Positions 26,001 through 34,000 of a stretch of DNA of 64,000 nt are shown piece after piece. The notes below the pieces were generated by a model. The model searched no databases. It was not told where the DNA came from and saw only the letters and a list, made by a program, of their open reading frames with translations. Source of the stretch: Candidatus Woesearchaeota archaeon (lineage in GTDB: Archaea; Nanobdellota; Nanobdellia; Woesearchaeales; JAHWIC01); contig JAHWIK010000027.1 of assembly GCA_019322485.1 (NCBI GenBank), positions 9,871 to 73,870 of the forward strand, written 5' to 3'. Numbering within the stretch: the first letter of the stretch is position 1; every line of letters begins with the position of its first letter. Both the position numbers and the translations under genes were made by a program.

Positions 26001-26732
26001 AATGTCTGTGTAGCTCCACAGCCAGCACCTGAAGAACCGATGCCTGAACCAGATGTCACGCAGATAGATGGTTATGTCCTTCTTTTAGCGCTCTTAGTTT
26101 TTATCCTGACTGTTTATCTAATATTCAGCTCTATAAAGTGGTATGCGACTAAATATATGATGGAGGAAGAGAAAGGAGAGGGGGCAGAGAAAGCAGCGAA
26201 ACCAAAGAAGAGAATGAGAATACTAAGGCACAGAAAAAAGATTGAACCAAAGGAAACTATCAAGAAGGAAATAAAAGAAAAAACTGAAGAAAGCAAAAAA
26301 GAGAGGCCGAAAACAGAAGAAAAGAAGGAAGAGGAGAAGAAAAAAGAAGAACAGCCGAAAACAGAGGAGAAGAAAGAAACAGCTCCTGCTCCAGAAAAAG
26401 AAAAAACCCCAAAAACCCCTGCTAAAAAGAAAAAAGAAAAAGTAATTGGAGGGTTAAAAGAGACCTACACCAATAGTGGAGATATATATGTTAACGCCTT
26501 CAGAAAAAGGCAGGAAGAAAATGAGTTGGCTAAGGAAGATGAAGAGACAGAGCCAATCAAAGGCATTAGGACCAATAAAGAAGATGTTCTCAATCAATTA
26601 AAGGATGCTTACAAATTAGACAGCTTAGGCCCAAAATCCAGTATCAGGATAGAGCCAAGGCAAAGTCTGCAAGATATTATTAAGGAAAAAACAGATGAAG
26701 ATGAATCAAAAAACAATGAGGTGTTCAAATGA
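20082..26732 (+). CDS. Giant surface protein 3 (2216 aa) with single C-terminal TM and ~225-aa K/E-rich cytoplasmic tail
   Basis: N-terminal TM, the split module (VRLKSLRVSGSIAGNGTARIYVENDGKKYLVLDSE ... FKEACIETCSLQGFGKHSYRMVFEVDNAVINIDKIEYAF) and the YAIDPT...LYKCKGWNF...DPGFAEI module (about 20955-21289). Also many Ig-like units delimited by D-x-T-x-P, an FN3-like GYTWIYWNWTNPGDTDF unit, a W/C module at 25744-25868, a CDDGVKNGDEEGIDCGGSCAEC motif, the TM YVLLLALLVFILTVYLIF and a Lys/Glu-rich tail. Confidence 0.85.
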   Translation: MTKGYWLRRTVFVLIALLMFAGLVKLGLSTIVKSSRPDVDFNLVVDKDSSLMLKFEREVRLKSLRVSGSIAGNGTARIYVENDGKKYLVLDSERLDEANSLDISDLEFNDGENIVGAAVNELPKKDEDSKESFDLYASPTINEALDSSDLNSAYDRSGHIIEEMDSKSKGFAEDAEASMQPSCSIEESAGDVSKSVDSSESAVLFKEACIETCSLQGFGKHSYRMVFEVDNAVINIDKIEYAFRRIWEKEEIRPELDVRDSDGKTITSSIKIKDKDGMVVSEESIEKGLYDVDVELYAGPVKSIKIENIDLDESVTDFVNVDDVPKEKEGRFVEVYAIDPTDVEFTQATVTVTAKGSSLYKCKGWNFTEQRCYGEWELFKADLIPGKEYSFILTPEDPGFAEINIIDAEHLDKNRDFISNIFNETNEQDNIWSEQINHREYIRATFEEPLTNGNVINLYLRNTQGLNTFVEIYEQDGSVVVGSTPVIGSTGMYNIELAGLSGYNDIFDLNVVNQQNTPSAYLEFDYIHDAADNVSPVISGLNINPSLEISFFGSYNFTVNVTDNNTIDLVNLSYKGINAEGGSCFQYYVNGSCENDEYYTTNMTLGDAPEYYKRDVRPDMIYPQIEFADDEIYWYNSRKGLDIYKDKYHIFKFVNNYTINANTSFWIEVDALVKSQTTRGLRVYLFDRTTTITDFQSDWTNSAKGELVAEIDNNAAKNHAHTDDNSSHHLIALTANSDGTIGTKNLNLTDSFFIALYNLEGNVNKAWNMSYRNTSLCNTSNWWLGEDSGWTTTQQEGCPDTHVHLARYNLSGSSDGVSATSCAEDNSSNSNCTTISSFFGAISNLAPVSNAINVPEPSGVYKCPINISWNEFSDPNGDTVTYNVSLLNADETFNQIINDSESSTYYVWSCGSIPDGEYSLKVEGRDPDNLSSYSTLGGNFSIDNTPPAWSNNNTYPASGIQYASGVDYQFNITWIDARAGVDAVLFEHNFTGTLNNYSSSGNISNEHYYNSTNLSAGTYVWRSYANDTLGFTNYTEQWTYIVQPDSTAPSVINVTATPSSINQTQTTNITANITDSGGLSENDILARIVNSNSDINEYNMNQDGDIWYYEFTTTSSHPGGVYNITIRARDTNNNWNESEGTTLTVNDITTPSVTNVQPDNAVRDFGSVVEITANVTDETAISAVRANVSWSGVYSFVDMHLQEDNVTYSGNFSLTNYIDTFTVQILANDTSNNLNNSETSTFNVTDESAPGYYNITAWPSSAAYSPGAAYQFNVTWTDNYAVDVVLIEHNFTGSLQNYSMNNISSEYYYNYTNLAVGSYVWRSYANDTSDNRNKTTQQSYTVDKVNSTCSLVFSQTSPQDYGTAINASCSCTNLEVSAVLYRNGTDASSENNQLVILAVGDHLYNCTTSATQNYTSAQNSSTYTINKVTSTVNLTLNGYDSNITINQTQSVTINATLVTPSSGYIELYQDSGLINSGQSPLTNTTTYNDYGTFNITVTYSETQNYSSSFETHFISVQDVISPGSVTNLEETAVGYTWIYWNWTNPGDTDFDEAIVYIDGVNEVNTSNSYYNATGLTSNTNHTISIRTKDTSGNINTTWVNDTAATLADTTVPQITSYAVTPRVVIIDRDVSITANATDDVDTPSTYANITLPNSTVLTLALQSNYTAQISGRHNVTIIANDSSGNTATETDYFIAAGPVNFTVFSEGPNSSSLEMNLTLFFPGTDEELNEHVITGNMSNEYAGYLYDLEFAALNRTIVVELGSSNLTTNNNKTMGFDKLPSPVSGYLISYGIYSTFSFGSAVVTLSYEGINYTTESNLRVFRCDNWDFDNRACSSSFESISGVQSTSANKFTLTVSSFSGFSIREVTPAAAAEEEEEGEEVWRRSRGCFFSWECGNWSECSINETERRDCTNAGTCPDTFKAPETERPCNYTPSCDDGVKNGDEEGIDCGGSCAECVECINDTDCEEDYQCMENVCVAPQPAPEEPMPEPDVTQIDGYVLLLALLVFILTVYLIFSSIKWYATKYMMEEEKGEGAEKAAKPKKRMRILRHRKKIEPKETIKKEIKEKTEESKKERPKTEEKKEEEKKKEEQPKTEEKKETAPAPEKEKTPKTPAKKKKEKVIGGLKETYTNSGDIYVNAFRKRQEENELAKEDEETEPIKGIRTNKEDVLNQLKDAYKLDSLGPKSSIRIEPRQSLQDIIKEKTDEDESKNNEVFK

Positions 26733-27535
26733 GCGGTAAAATTGTTGGTATAATAGCTATAAAAGGCGGTGTTGGCAAGACAACTACTGTATCAAACCTT
26801 GGAGCTGTTTTAGCTAAAGAATTTGGCAAAAAGGTTTTGCTTGTTGATGCGAATTACACTGCACCAAACCTGGGGCTGCATTTAGGGATTGTAAAGCCAG
26901 AGGTTACTCTGCACGATGTTATGCGCAATAAAGTGCCTGTCAGCCAGGCAATACATGAGCATGAGCTTGGTTTTCATATAATTCCCTCTGCACTTGCCGG
27001 AAGAAAGGTCAATGCGTTTAAGCTTAAGGAGAAGATATCACACTTAAAGGAACTCTATGATGTTATCCTGATAGATTCCTCTCCTGCGCTTAATGAGGAG
27101 ATACTTTCCACAATGATAGCCTCTGATGAACTGTTTGTTGTAAGCAGCCCAGACTATCCTACACTAAGCTGTACAATGCATGCTGTAAGAATTGCCAAGC
27201 GCAAAAGAACACCAATAACAGGAATTATACTCAACAAAAGCAGGAACAAAAAATTTGAATTAAATGTTGGTGAAATAGAGGATGCTACTGGGGTTCCTGT
27301 GCTGGCTACACTGCCTGATGATGTCAAGGTTTTGGAGGCCCTGTCAGAGATGAAACCTGCCTCGATAAGAAGCCCAAAGCGTGATGTCTCTGTCGAATAC
27401 AAGAAACTAGCTGCTTCACTGATTGGAGAGAAATACATTGACAAAAGGCTTAAAGCAAGAATCAAGAGATTCATCTTTGTGGAAGAGCCTGATAAGATGG
27501 ATATCAACCGGTTATTAGCACCAAAGGACAAGTAG
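26729..27535 (+). CDS. MinD/ParA-family P-loop ATPase
   Basis: Deviant Walker A AIKGGVGKTTTVSNLG, then VLLVDAN and VILIDSSPAL (Walker B-like). Length is 268 aa. The ATG overlaps the stop of giant 3 (ATGA at 26729-26732), preceded by GAGGTG. Confidence 0.85.
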   Translation: MSGKIVGIIAIKGGVGKTTTVSNLGAVLAKEFGKKVLLVDANYTAPNLGLHLGIVKPEVTLHDVMRNKVPVSQAIHEHELGFHIIPSALAGRKVNAFKLKEKISHLKELYDVILIDSSPALNEEILSTMIASDELFVVSSPDYPTLSCTMHAVRIAKRKRTPITGIILNKSRNKKFELNVGEIEDATGVPVLATLPDDVKVLEALSEMKPASIRSPKRDVSVEYKKLAASLIGEKYIDKRLKARIKRFIFVEEPDKMDINRLLAPKDK

Positions 27536-27583
27536 CCCCCTAAAATAACAATCTTTTTAATATTGTTTCATTAATTCTTTTGT

Positions 27584-28402
27584 ATGAAGGACAGAATAAT
27601 TGATTTACTCAGAAAACTCAGCAGCCACTCATCTATTGAGCTGACTTCCAGAGGGAATACTGCGATATTTGCTGCTTTGTACTGCGCCCGCAAACTGCAG
27701 CTTGATAAGAAAAACGTTCTGATTCCTGAGCAGGGAGGCTGGTTTACCTACAAGAAATACCCTAAAATGCTTGGGTTGAATCCGATTGAAATTAAAACTG
27801 ATTATGGTGTTATTGATGTTAGTGATTTGAAGAAGCAGTCCAAGAATGCAAATTGTCTGCTTTACTCGAGTCCAGCTGGTTATTTTGCTGAGCAGCCTGT
27901 TAAGGAGATTTATTCAGTCTGCAAGAGGAACAAGTGCATGGTTATTCTTGATATAACCGGCTCAATTGGCGCTAAAGATCATGGAAGGTTCTGTGATTTT
28001 ATTGTCTGCAGTTTTGGGGAATGGAAACCAATCAACCTTGGCTATGGCGGCTTTGTTTCTAGCCGCGAGAAAGAATTTTTTGAAAAACCAAAAGAGATAT
28101 TCAATACGACCAGTTTTGACGAGAAGTATAGTAAGGATTTAATCAATAAATTAGAATCATTAAAAAAAAGATACCAATTATTTGAAAAAATAAATAAAAA
28201 AATTAAAAAAGACTTGAAGGATTTTGAGATTTTGCATCCAGATAAAGATGGAATTAATGTTGTTGTAAGATTTGGTAATGATACAGAAAAGGAAAGAATT
28301 ATAAAGTATTGTAAGGAGAATAATTTAGAATTTACCTTATGCCCTCGGTACATAAGAGTTAATGAGAGGGCAGTTAGTATTGAGGTTAAGAGATTAGAGT
28401 GA
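27584..28402 (+). CDS. Short fold-type-I PLP-dependent enzyme-like protein (DegT / class V aminotransferase-like)
   Basis: GNTAIFAAL, VILDITGSIG (candidate Asp) and CSFGEWKPINLGYGGF (candidate PLP-Lys in an SF..K....GG context). At 272 aa it is shorter than typical family members. Assignment is tentative. Confidence 0.4.
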   Translation: MKDRIIDLLRKLSSHSSIELTSRGNTAIFAALYCARKLQLDKKNVLIPEQGGWFTYKKYPKMLGLNPIEIKTDYGVIDVSDLKKQSKNANCLLYSSPAGYFAEQPVKEIYSVCKRNKCMVILDITGSIGAKDHGRFCDFIVCSFGEWKPINLGYGGFVSSREKEFFEKPKEIFNTTSFDEKYSKDLINKLESLKKRYQLFEKINKKIKKDLKDFEILHPDKDGINVVVRFGNDTEKERIIKYCKENNLEFTLCPRYIRVNERAVSIEVKRLE

Positions 28403-28428
28403 AACTATTGAAAGGAAGGTGATTAATA

Positions 28429-28821
28429 ATGGCTTTACAAGAACCGCAATCAATGGATGAAATAATCTATTTCACAAGACGTGCTATCGGCAGCGGCAAG
28501 GTTATGGCCTGGGTTTACAGGAAAGAGTGCCCTAAATGCCACAAAGCCAAGATGGGCAAGCCTGTTGAAAAGGGCCATGTTAAGATTCGCGCTAAAGAGT
28601 TTAAATGTCCTGGATGCGGCTATACCGAAGAAAAGGCAGAGCATGAGGAAAGCCTTACACTTGAAGCAAAATATACCTGCCCTCATTGCGGCAAGGAAGG
28701 TGAATCAACTACACTCTACAAAAGAAAAACCTTTGAAGGCGTTCCCTCTTATGTTGTTGAATGCCAGCATTGCGGCCAAAAGATTGGCATAACAAAGAAG
28801 ATGAAGGAAGGTAAGAAATAG
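28429..28821 (+). CDS. Zinc-ribbon protein (four CxxC pairs)
   Basis: CPKCHK, CPGCGY, CPHCGK and CQHCGQ spaced as two zinc ribbons. RBS AAGGTGAT lies upstream. No family name recognised. Confidence 0.65.
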   Translation: MALQEPQSMDEIIYFTRRAIGSGKVMAWVYRKECPKCHKAKMGKPVEKGHVKIRAKEFKCPGCGYTEEKAEHEESLTLEAKYTCPHCGKEGESTTLYKRKTFEGVPSYVVECQHCGQKIGITKKMKEGKK

Positions 28822-28840
28822 TTATTTTTTTGTTTTTTCT
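28822..28840 (+). terminator. Oligo-T transcription terminator candidate
   Basis: TTATTTTTTTGTTTTTTCT lies directly after the stop at 28819-28821. Archaeal RNA polymerase terminates at T-runs. Confidence 0.5.
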
Positions 28841-28866
28841 GATTAGTTGTCAGGCTTAATTCTACA

Positions 28867-28880
28867 GCAACTTATATAAA
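28867..28880 (+). promoter_or_regulatory. TATA-like promoter element for metG (GCAACTTATATAAA)
   Basis: AT-rich TATA-like box ending 23 nt before the ATG at 28903, implying a leaderless or very short-leader transcript. Confidence 0.45.
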
Positions 28881-28902
28881 TACCAACTTCTGACTATGCC
28901 TT

Positions 28903-30972
28903 ATGACAAAAATACTAGTTACATCAGCACTGCCATATGCAAACGGCCCTATACATATTGGGCATTTGGTGGAGTATATACAGACTGACATATTTGTAAG
29001 ATTCTTAAGGTCGATTGGTGAGGATGTTATATATTGCTGTGCTGATGACACCCACGGAACTCCAATCGAGATAGCTAGCCAGAAAGAAGGGATAATTCCT
29101 GAGGAACTTATTGGAAAGTACCACAAAGAACATCTGCGTGACTTTACAAACTTTCACATTAAATTTGATTCTTATTATTCTACCAACAGCTCTGAGAACA
29201 AGCAGTTTAGTGATTTGATTTTTACAAAAGCCAAGGAGAAAGGTTTAATCTACCAGAAGGATGTTGAACTGACTTTTTGCGAGAAATGCAAGAGGTTTTT
29301 GCCAGACAGGTACATAAAGGGCAAATGTCCTAATCCTCAATGCGGCGCTGAAGACCAATATGGTGATGTCTGCGAGTTCTGCAATACAGCTTATAAGACA
29401 ACAGATTTGATTAATCCTTACTGCACAATATGCGGCAAACCGCCAGTTAGAAAGATTTCAAAGCATTATTTCTTCAAGCTTAGCTCAGTCTCTGATAAGC
29501 TGAAGAAGTGGCTTAATGGAAACAAGAGATTGCAGCCAGAGATTAAGAATTACGTCTTGAACTGGATAAAAGGGGGTCTGCAGGACTGGGATATCTCGCG
29601 TGATGGACCTTATTTCGGGTTTAAGATTCCTGGCGAAGAAAATCTGTATTACTATGTTTGGTTAGATGCTCCTATCGGGTATATTGCTTCTAACCAGAAT
29701 TACTGCAAAGAGAATAAATGCGATGCTCTTAAGGATTACTGGCAGAGTGATAAGTCTGAGATAATCCACTTTATTGGCAAGGACATTACCTATTTTCACT
29801 TTCTCTTCTGGCCTGCAATGCTGATGGCAGCCGACCTTAAGGTTCCTGACAATATTGTTGTGCATGGCTTCTTGACTGTAAACGGCGCAAAGATGAGCAA
29901 AAGCCGCGGAACATTCTTTACAGCAGAGGAGTTTGCAAGCAAGTATAATCCAGAGTATCTTCGTTTCTATTACAGCAAGGTCCTTAGCAAGAAAATGGCT
30001 GATATTGACCTTGACTTTAATGATTTCAAGGATACTGCAAATAATGAAATAGTTGGAAATCTAGGTAATTTTTGCTATAGGGTGCTTAGCTTCCTGAATA
30101 AGTTCTTTGATTCCAAGGTTGGTGGTGTGGAAGAGGATAATGAATTAATTGGCAAGATAAACAAGAAGATTGAGAAAGTAAGGGACGCTTACCTTAACTG
30201 CAACTCTAATGAGGCTGTTAAGGAGATAATGGCTATAAGTGATTTAGGAAATAGATATTTCCAGAACAATGAGCCATGGAAGCTTGTTAAAACTGATAAG
30301 GAAAAAGCCCACAAAGTCTTAGGTCTTTGTGCTAATATTGTTAAGAATTTGAGCATATTAATAGAGCCGGTTTTGCCTAAGTTTTCTGCTGGGATACAGA
30401 AGCAGCTTGGTGTGAATGAATTAGGATGGAAATATCTTGGTTATGGGTTTGCTAATAGCAAGATAAAACCAGCAAAGATAATAATTAATAAGCTTGAGGA
30501 AGTTGAAAAGAAAACATTTCCTCTTGACCTTAGGGTTGGCAAAGTAGTTTCAGTTAAAGAACATCCTGAAGCTGACAAGCTATATATACTTGAGGTTGAC
30601 CTTGACAGAGAAAAAAGACAGCTTGTTGCTGGGCTGCGTGAGTATTATAAAAAGGAAGAGTTAACTGGTAAGAAGGTAGTTGTTGTCTGCAATCTAAAGC
30701 AGGCAAAACTGCGCGGAGTAGTCAGCCAGGGGATGCTGCTTGCTGCTGAAAAAGGCAAGGAAGTAAAGATTCTGGAGGCTGATAAGTCAGCCCTTGGCAG
30801 CGCTGCTGTCTTTGAAGGTTTGGAAAGCTCCAGCACTGAGATAACAATTGACCAATTTAGTAAAATAAAGCTTAAGATTAAGGATAAAAAAGTGGTTTAT
30901 GATAAGCTAGTTCTCAGAACAGACAAGGAAGAGATTAAGGCAGATATAGGCAATGGTGCCGTAGTGGGATGA
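28903..30972 (+). CDS. metG: Methionyl-tRNA synthetase with C-terminal tRNA-binding (Trbp111/EMAPII-like) domain
   Basis: SALPYANGPIHIGHL (HIGH) and KMSKSRG (KMSKS). Zinc knuckles CEKCKRF...CPNPQCG...CEFCN...CTICG. C-terminal LDLRVGKVVSVKEHPEADKLYILEVDLD. Confidence 0.95.
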   Translation: MTKILVTSALPYANGPIHIGHLVEYIQTDIFVRFLRSIGEDVIYCCADDTHGTPIEIASQKEGIIPEELIGKYHKEHLRDFTNFHIKFDSYYSTNSSENKQFSDLIFTKAKEKGLIYQKDVELTFCEKCKRFLPDRYIKGKCPNPQCGAEDQYGDVCEFCNTAYKTTDLINPYCTICGKPPVRKISKHYFFKLSSVSDKLKKWLNGNKRLQPEIKNYVLNWIKGGLQDWDISRDGPYFGFKIPGEENLYYYVWLDAPIGYIASNQNYCKENKCDALKDYWQSDKSEIIHFIGKDITYFHFLFWPAMLMAADLKVPDNIVVHGFLTVNGAKMSKSRGTFFTAEEFASKYNPEYLRFYYSKVLSKKMADIDLDFNDFKDTANNEIVGNLGNFCYRVLSFLNKFFDSKVGGVEEDNELIGKINKKIEKVRDAYLNCNSNEAVKEIMAISDLGNRYFQNNEPWKLVKTDKEKAHKVLGLCANIVKNLSILIEPVLPKFSAGIQKQLGVNELGWKYLGYGFANSKIKPAKIIINKLEEVEKKTFPLDLRVGKVVSVKEHPEADKLYILEVDLDREKRQLVAGLREYYKKEELTGKKVVVVCNLKQAKLRGVVSQGMLLAAEKGKEVKILEADKSALGSAAVFEGLESSSTEITIDQFSKIKLKIKDKKVVYDKLVLRTDKEEIKADIGNGAVVG

Positions 30973-30987
30973 TTAATAAGCCAAAAT

Positions 30988-31003
30988 AGAAAAGTATTTA
31001 AAT
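30988..31003 (+). promoter_or_regulatory. BRE/TATA-like element (AGAAAAGTATTTAAAT) upstream of family A1 gene
   Basis: Purine-rich BRE-like run plus TATTTAAAT, 55 nt upstream of the ATG at 31058. Confidence 0.4.
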
Positions 31004-31057
31004 CAAAGTTATAAAAAAGAGTGTATACATAGTTATTAGTATAAAACAGTATAAAAA

Positions 31058-34000
31058 ATGGTGATTTTGATTAAATTTAAACACCTTCAGATGATTGCTA
31101 TTTTCCTTTGTACCTTAATAATAACTATACCTTTCTACACCAGCTCTGTTTATGCTGCAGTGAGCGGGCATATCAAAAGGTATCCAGTTGCTTATGGAAA
31201 CAGTGACGGATTCCCAGGTGCTGCAAGACAATATGATACTATCACTGTCGAAGCACTAGCCAGGATTGATGTAGATGGGGAGTCCCAGCCAGTAAGTGCA
31301 AACCAGGTAAAGCTCTATAATGAAGGCATGGATTTTGATTACTGCGACCCAGACGCAGGCGGGTATTATTTATGTTCGCTTGAGAACTATCCTTACCCTA
31401 CTGGGGGTTTCCAAGGTATAAAAAAATTTGATATAGGCCTTTACCATGAGGGCACCAGGATTGCCGTGGGCCGTGCAAGTGTTGTTCCTGATTTCAAGCC
31501 GCCAAGAATTGAGAGTTTAGCTATAACGCTGCCTAGCGAGGACGCTGTGAAAGGTATTTCAACAACAGGTACAGTCAGCGTGGATTATATTGTCAAAGAT
31601 TATGGCTATCTAAATAGCTGGAGAGACAAGGAATGTTCTGGGATATCTAAGGTTGAATTTTATCTTAACGGATTTACTGGCGGTCCTTTCAAGACTGAAA
31701 ATATAGATACTGGAGATTGTGACTATTCTGACAGTTTCAGTTTTAATGTTCCATCTAATATCATGGTGGGCACAGTAAAGGTCTGTGCAAAAGTCTATGA
31801 CAGGTTTAACCAAGCGTCTTCTGAAGAGGAAGCAAGCCCAAACTGCGTATCCTTTGGTATAGACAGGGAAGGCCCTGGCATCCAGGGAGGCAGCTTTAGG
31901 GTTGTTGATGAAGATGACAGAGATGTCTATTTCTACCACCCTAGAGGAAAGGATGTTGATGTCGTTTTTGTGATAGATGCTGAGGATTTAAACCTAGGCC
32001 AGGGATTAGGTTCAATTAGAATTGATTTAACTACCCTTGATTCTAGTAAGTTAACCAGCAGTAACCTTAACAGCGGCCAGTGCCTAAGGGCCCCAAATTC
32101 AAACCTAACTAATTGTGTAGTATCCATTAATCTTGATTCAGAGGGTGGACTTGTTACCATAACATCTACAGACAGGTATGATAATGTTGATGAGGAGTTT
32201 CTAACAGCAATCTTCACCCTTGATGAAACCGGACCGATTGTTGCGCAGTTTGTCTCTGATAGTATTTTTATGGATGGACTCTATGCCAAGCAATATGGAA
32301 ATAATTTTAGCGCCTTGATTAGCGACGGCGGCGGGATTGGTGTTGATTCTGATGATGTAAAACTGGTTTTCTATGATGGATTTTCTTATGACAGCTCACA
32401 AGACCTCAATGTAGTAACTAATTGTACTGGCACGCCTGGAGCTACAGCATGCCTTTGGGAGGGGGTTGATTTGAGTCCTGGTTCAGATATGGCTGTCAAA
32501 GCGCGAATTGAAGGAAATGACATGCTTGAGAATGCTATTGCTGCTAATGAATTTAATGTAACTGTTGATATAACACCCCCTTTGGTCACTGAGGCTGATA
32601 TCTCAATTGAAGCGCTAGGAAGTCTTACTGGAGACTTAACTAGCGGAGGCGGGATAAATATCACAGCCAGGATAAAAGATTTCACCCAGATATTTGCTCA
32701 TGCTGATCTTTCCAGGTTTATTACAGGTGGGGAGAGGGTTCCTGCTGACAGCTGCATTAAAGTTAGTGATGAATGGGCTGATGAAACTGAATGGGTATGT
32801 TCATGGCTCCGTATGATAGAAGCCCCTGGGCCTGATTCTGGCATAGATATGGATATTGAGTTTGAGGATGTTCCTGGCAATATAGTAACAGTGACAAAAA
32901 CAGGATTAGAGCTTTATGAGCGGGTTGTGGAGGAGGTTCCTGACTATTATGACCTAGATATCAGAGAGGATTTACTTGAGCTCATTCCCATTGATATGGA
33001 GGTTATTGAAAGCCTGACTACACAATTCTATTACCAACTTGTACCTTTTGAGTTATTATATAATGGCCGATGTTCTGGAGATGAGATTGAAATTACGAAT
33101 ATCAGGCTTTTTGGGTGCGAGGGGTATGCTTATCATGCTCCACGTTCCGATGACCCCAGGAGTTATACTGGCTTTATCCAGTTTGCATTAGACACAAATG
33201 AAATTATTAATTATGATGACTATGTAGAGATAGGGGTTGATTCAACCTGCCAGATAGAATTTAATGTGAAATGCCATCAAAAATCTTACTTGCAGCCTGA
33301 GCCAGAAGAGATAAGGCTCAACATACCTATAGTGGTTGGCGATGATGTTGGAGATGACCTAACAGACGATATAGAAGATTTGAAAGACTGGGCTGAAACA
33401 GATTTCTGGGCAATGTGGGAATTCATGGACCAAGTGGTGACTATACTGAAGAATATATGCAAGATAAGGCAGCATATATACCTGATAGCAACGACAATAG
33501 CGCTTATTGGAGCTATTTTCGCTAATTGTTGTGAAAAAGGTGCTGCAGCATCTGCATACTGCTGCCCAGCTGAGATTACTTCAAGCGGGATACATATAAC
33601 ATTTACTGAACCTCAGGAGGCTGGAGCACCAGGAACTACTTTTGAAGATAAGATGAAAAAACTTTGTGCCTTTGTTGGCTGCCAGAAAAAAGACGAGCCA
33701 GGCCTTAGAGCAGAAGACCTCCCTAGCGATACTGCTGGTGCCGGTGATGATGCTCCTGACCCAACACCTAGGGAACTACTTTGCAACAAGCTTGCAAAGC
33801 TAGGCAAAAATTGGATTACTGAATATGACTTTGGTAGTTCCGGCGCTGCACAAGGTGCGGAAACTTATGTAGATGCTGCATGGTCAACATCTGTCTTACA
33901 ATTATCAATGAAAAGCCTTATTTTTGCATCAATCTGCTTATGTCTTCCAGGGATAGTATATAATGTAAGGAAATATAGAGAGCTTGTATGCTGGAAAGCT

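Noticed and set aside
6816-26732. Diversity-generating retroelement or invertible-promoter phase variation acting on the giant genes
   Set aside because: I recognised no reverse transcriptase, template/variable repeat pair, recombinase or flanking inverted repeats around the promoters. The only mosaic signal is the 492-nt conversion-like segment, reported separately.
28481-28792. 103-aa alternate-frame ORF within the zinc-ribbon gene
   Set aside because: The 28429 frame has an RBS and four regularly spaced CxxC pairs. The alternate frame gives an Ala/Leu/Lys-rich sequence without features.
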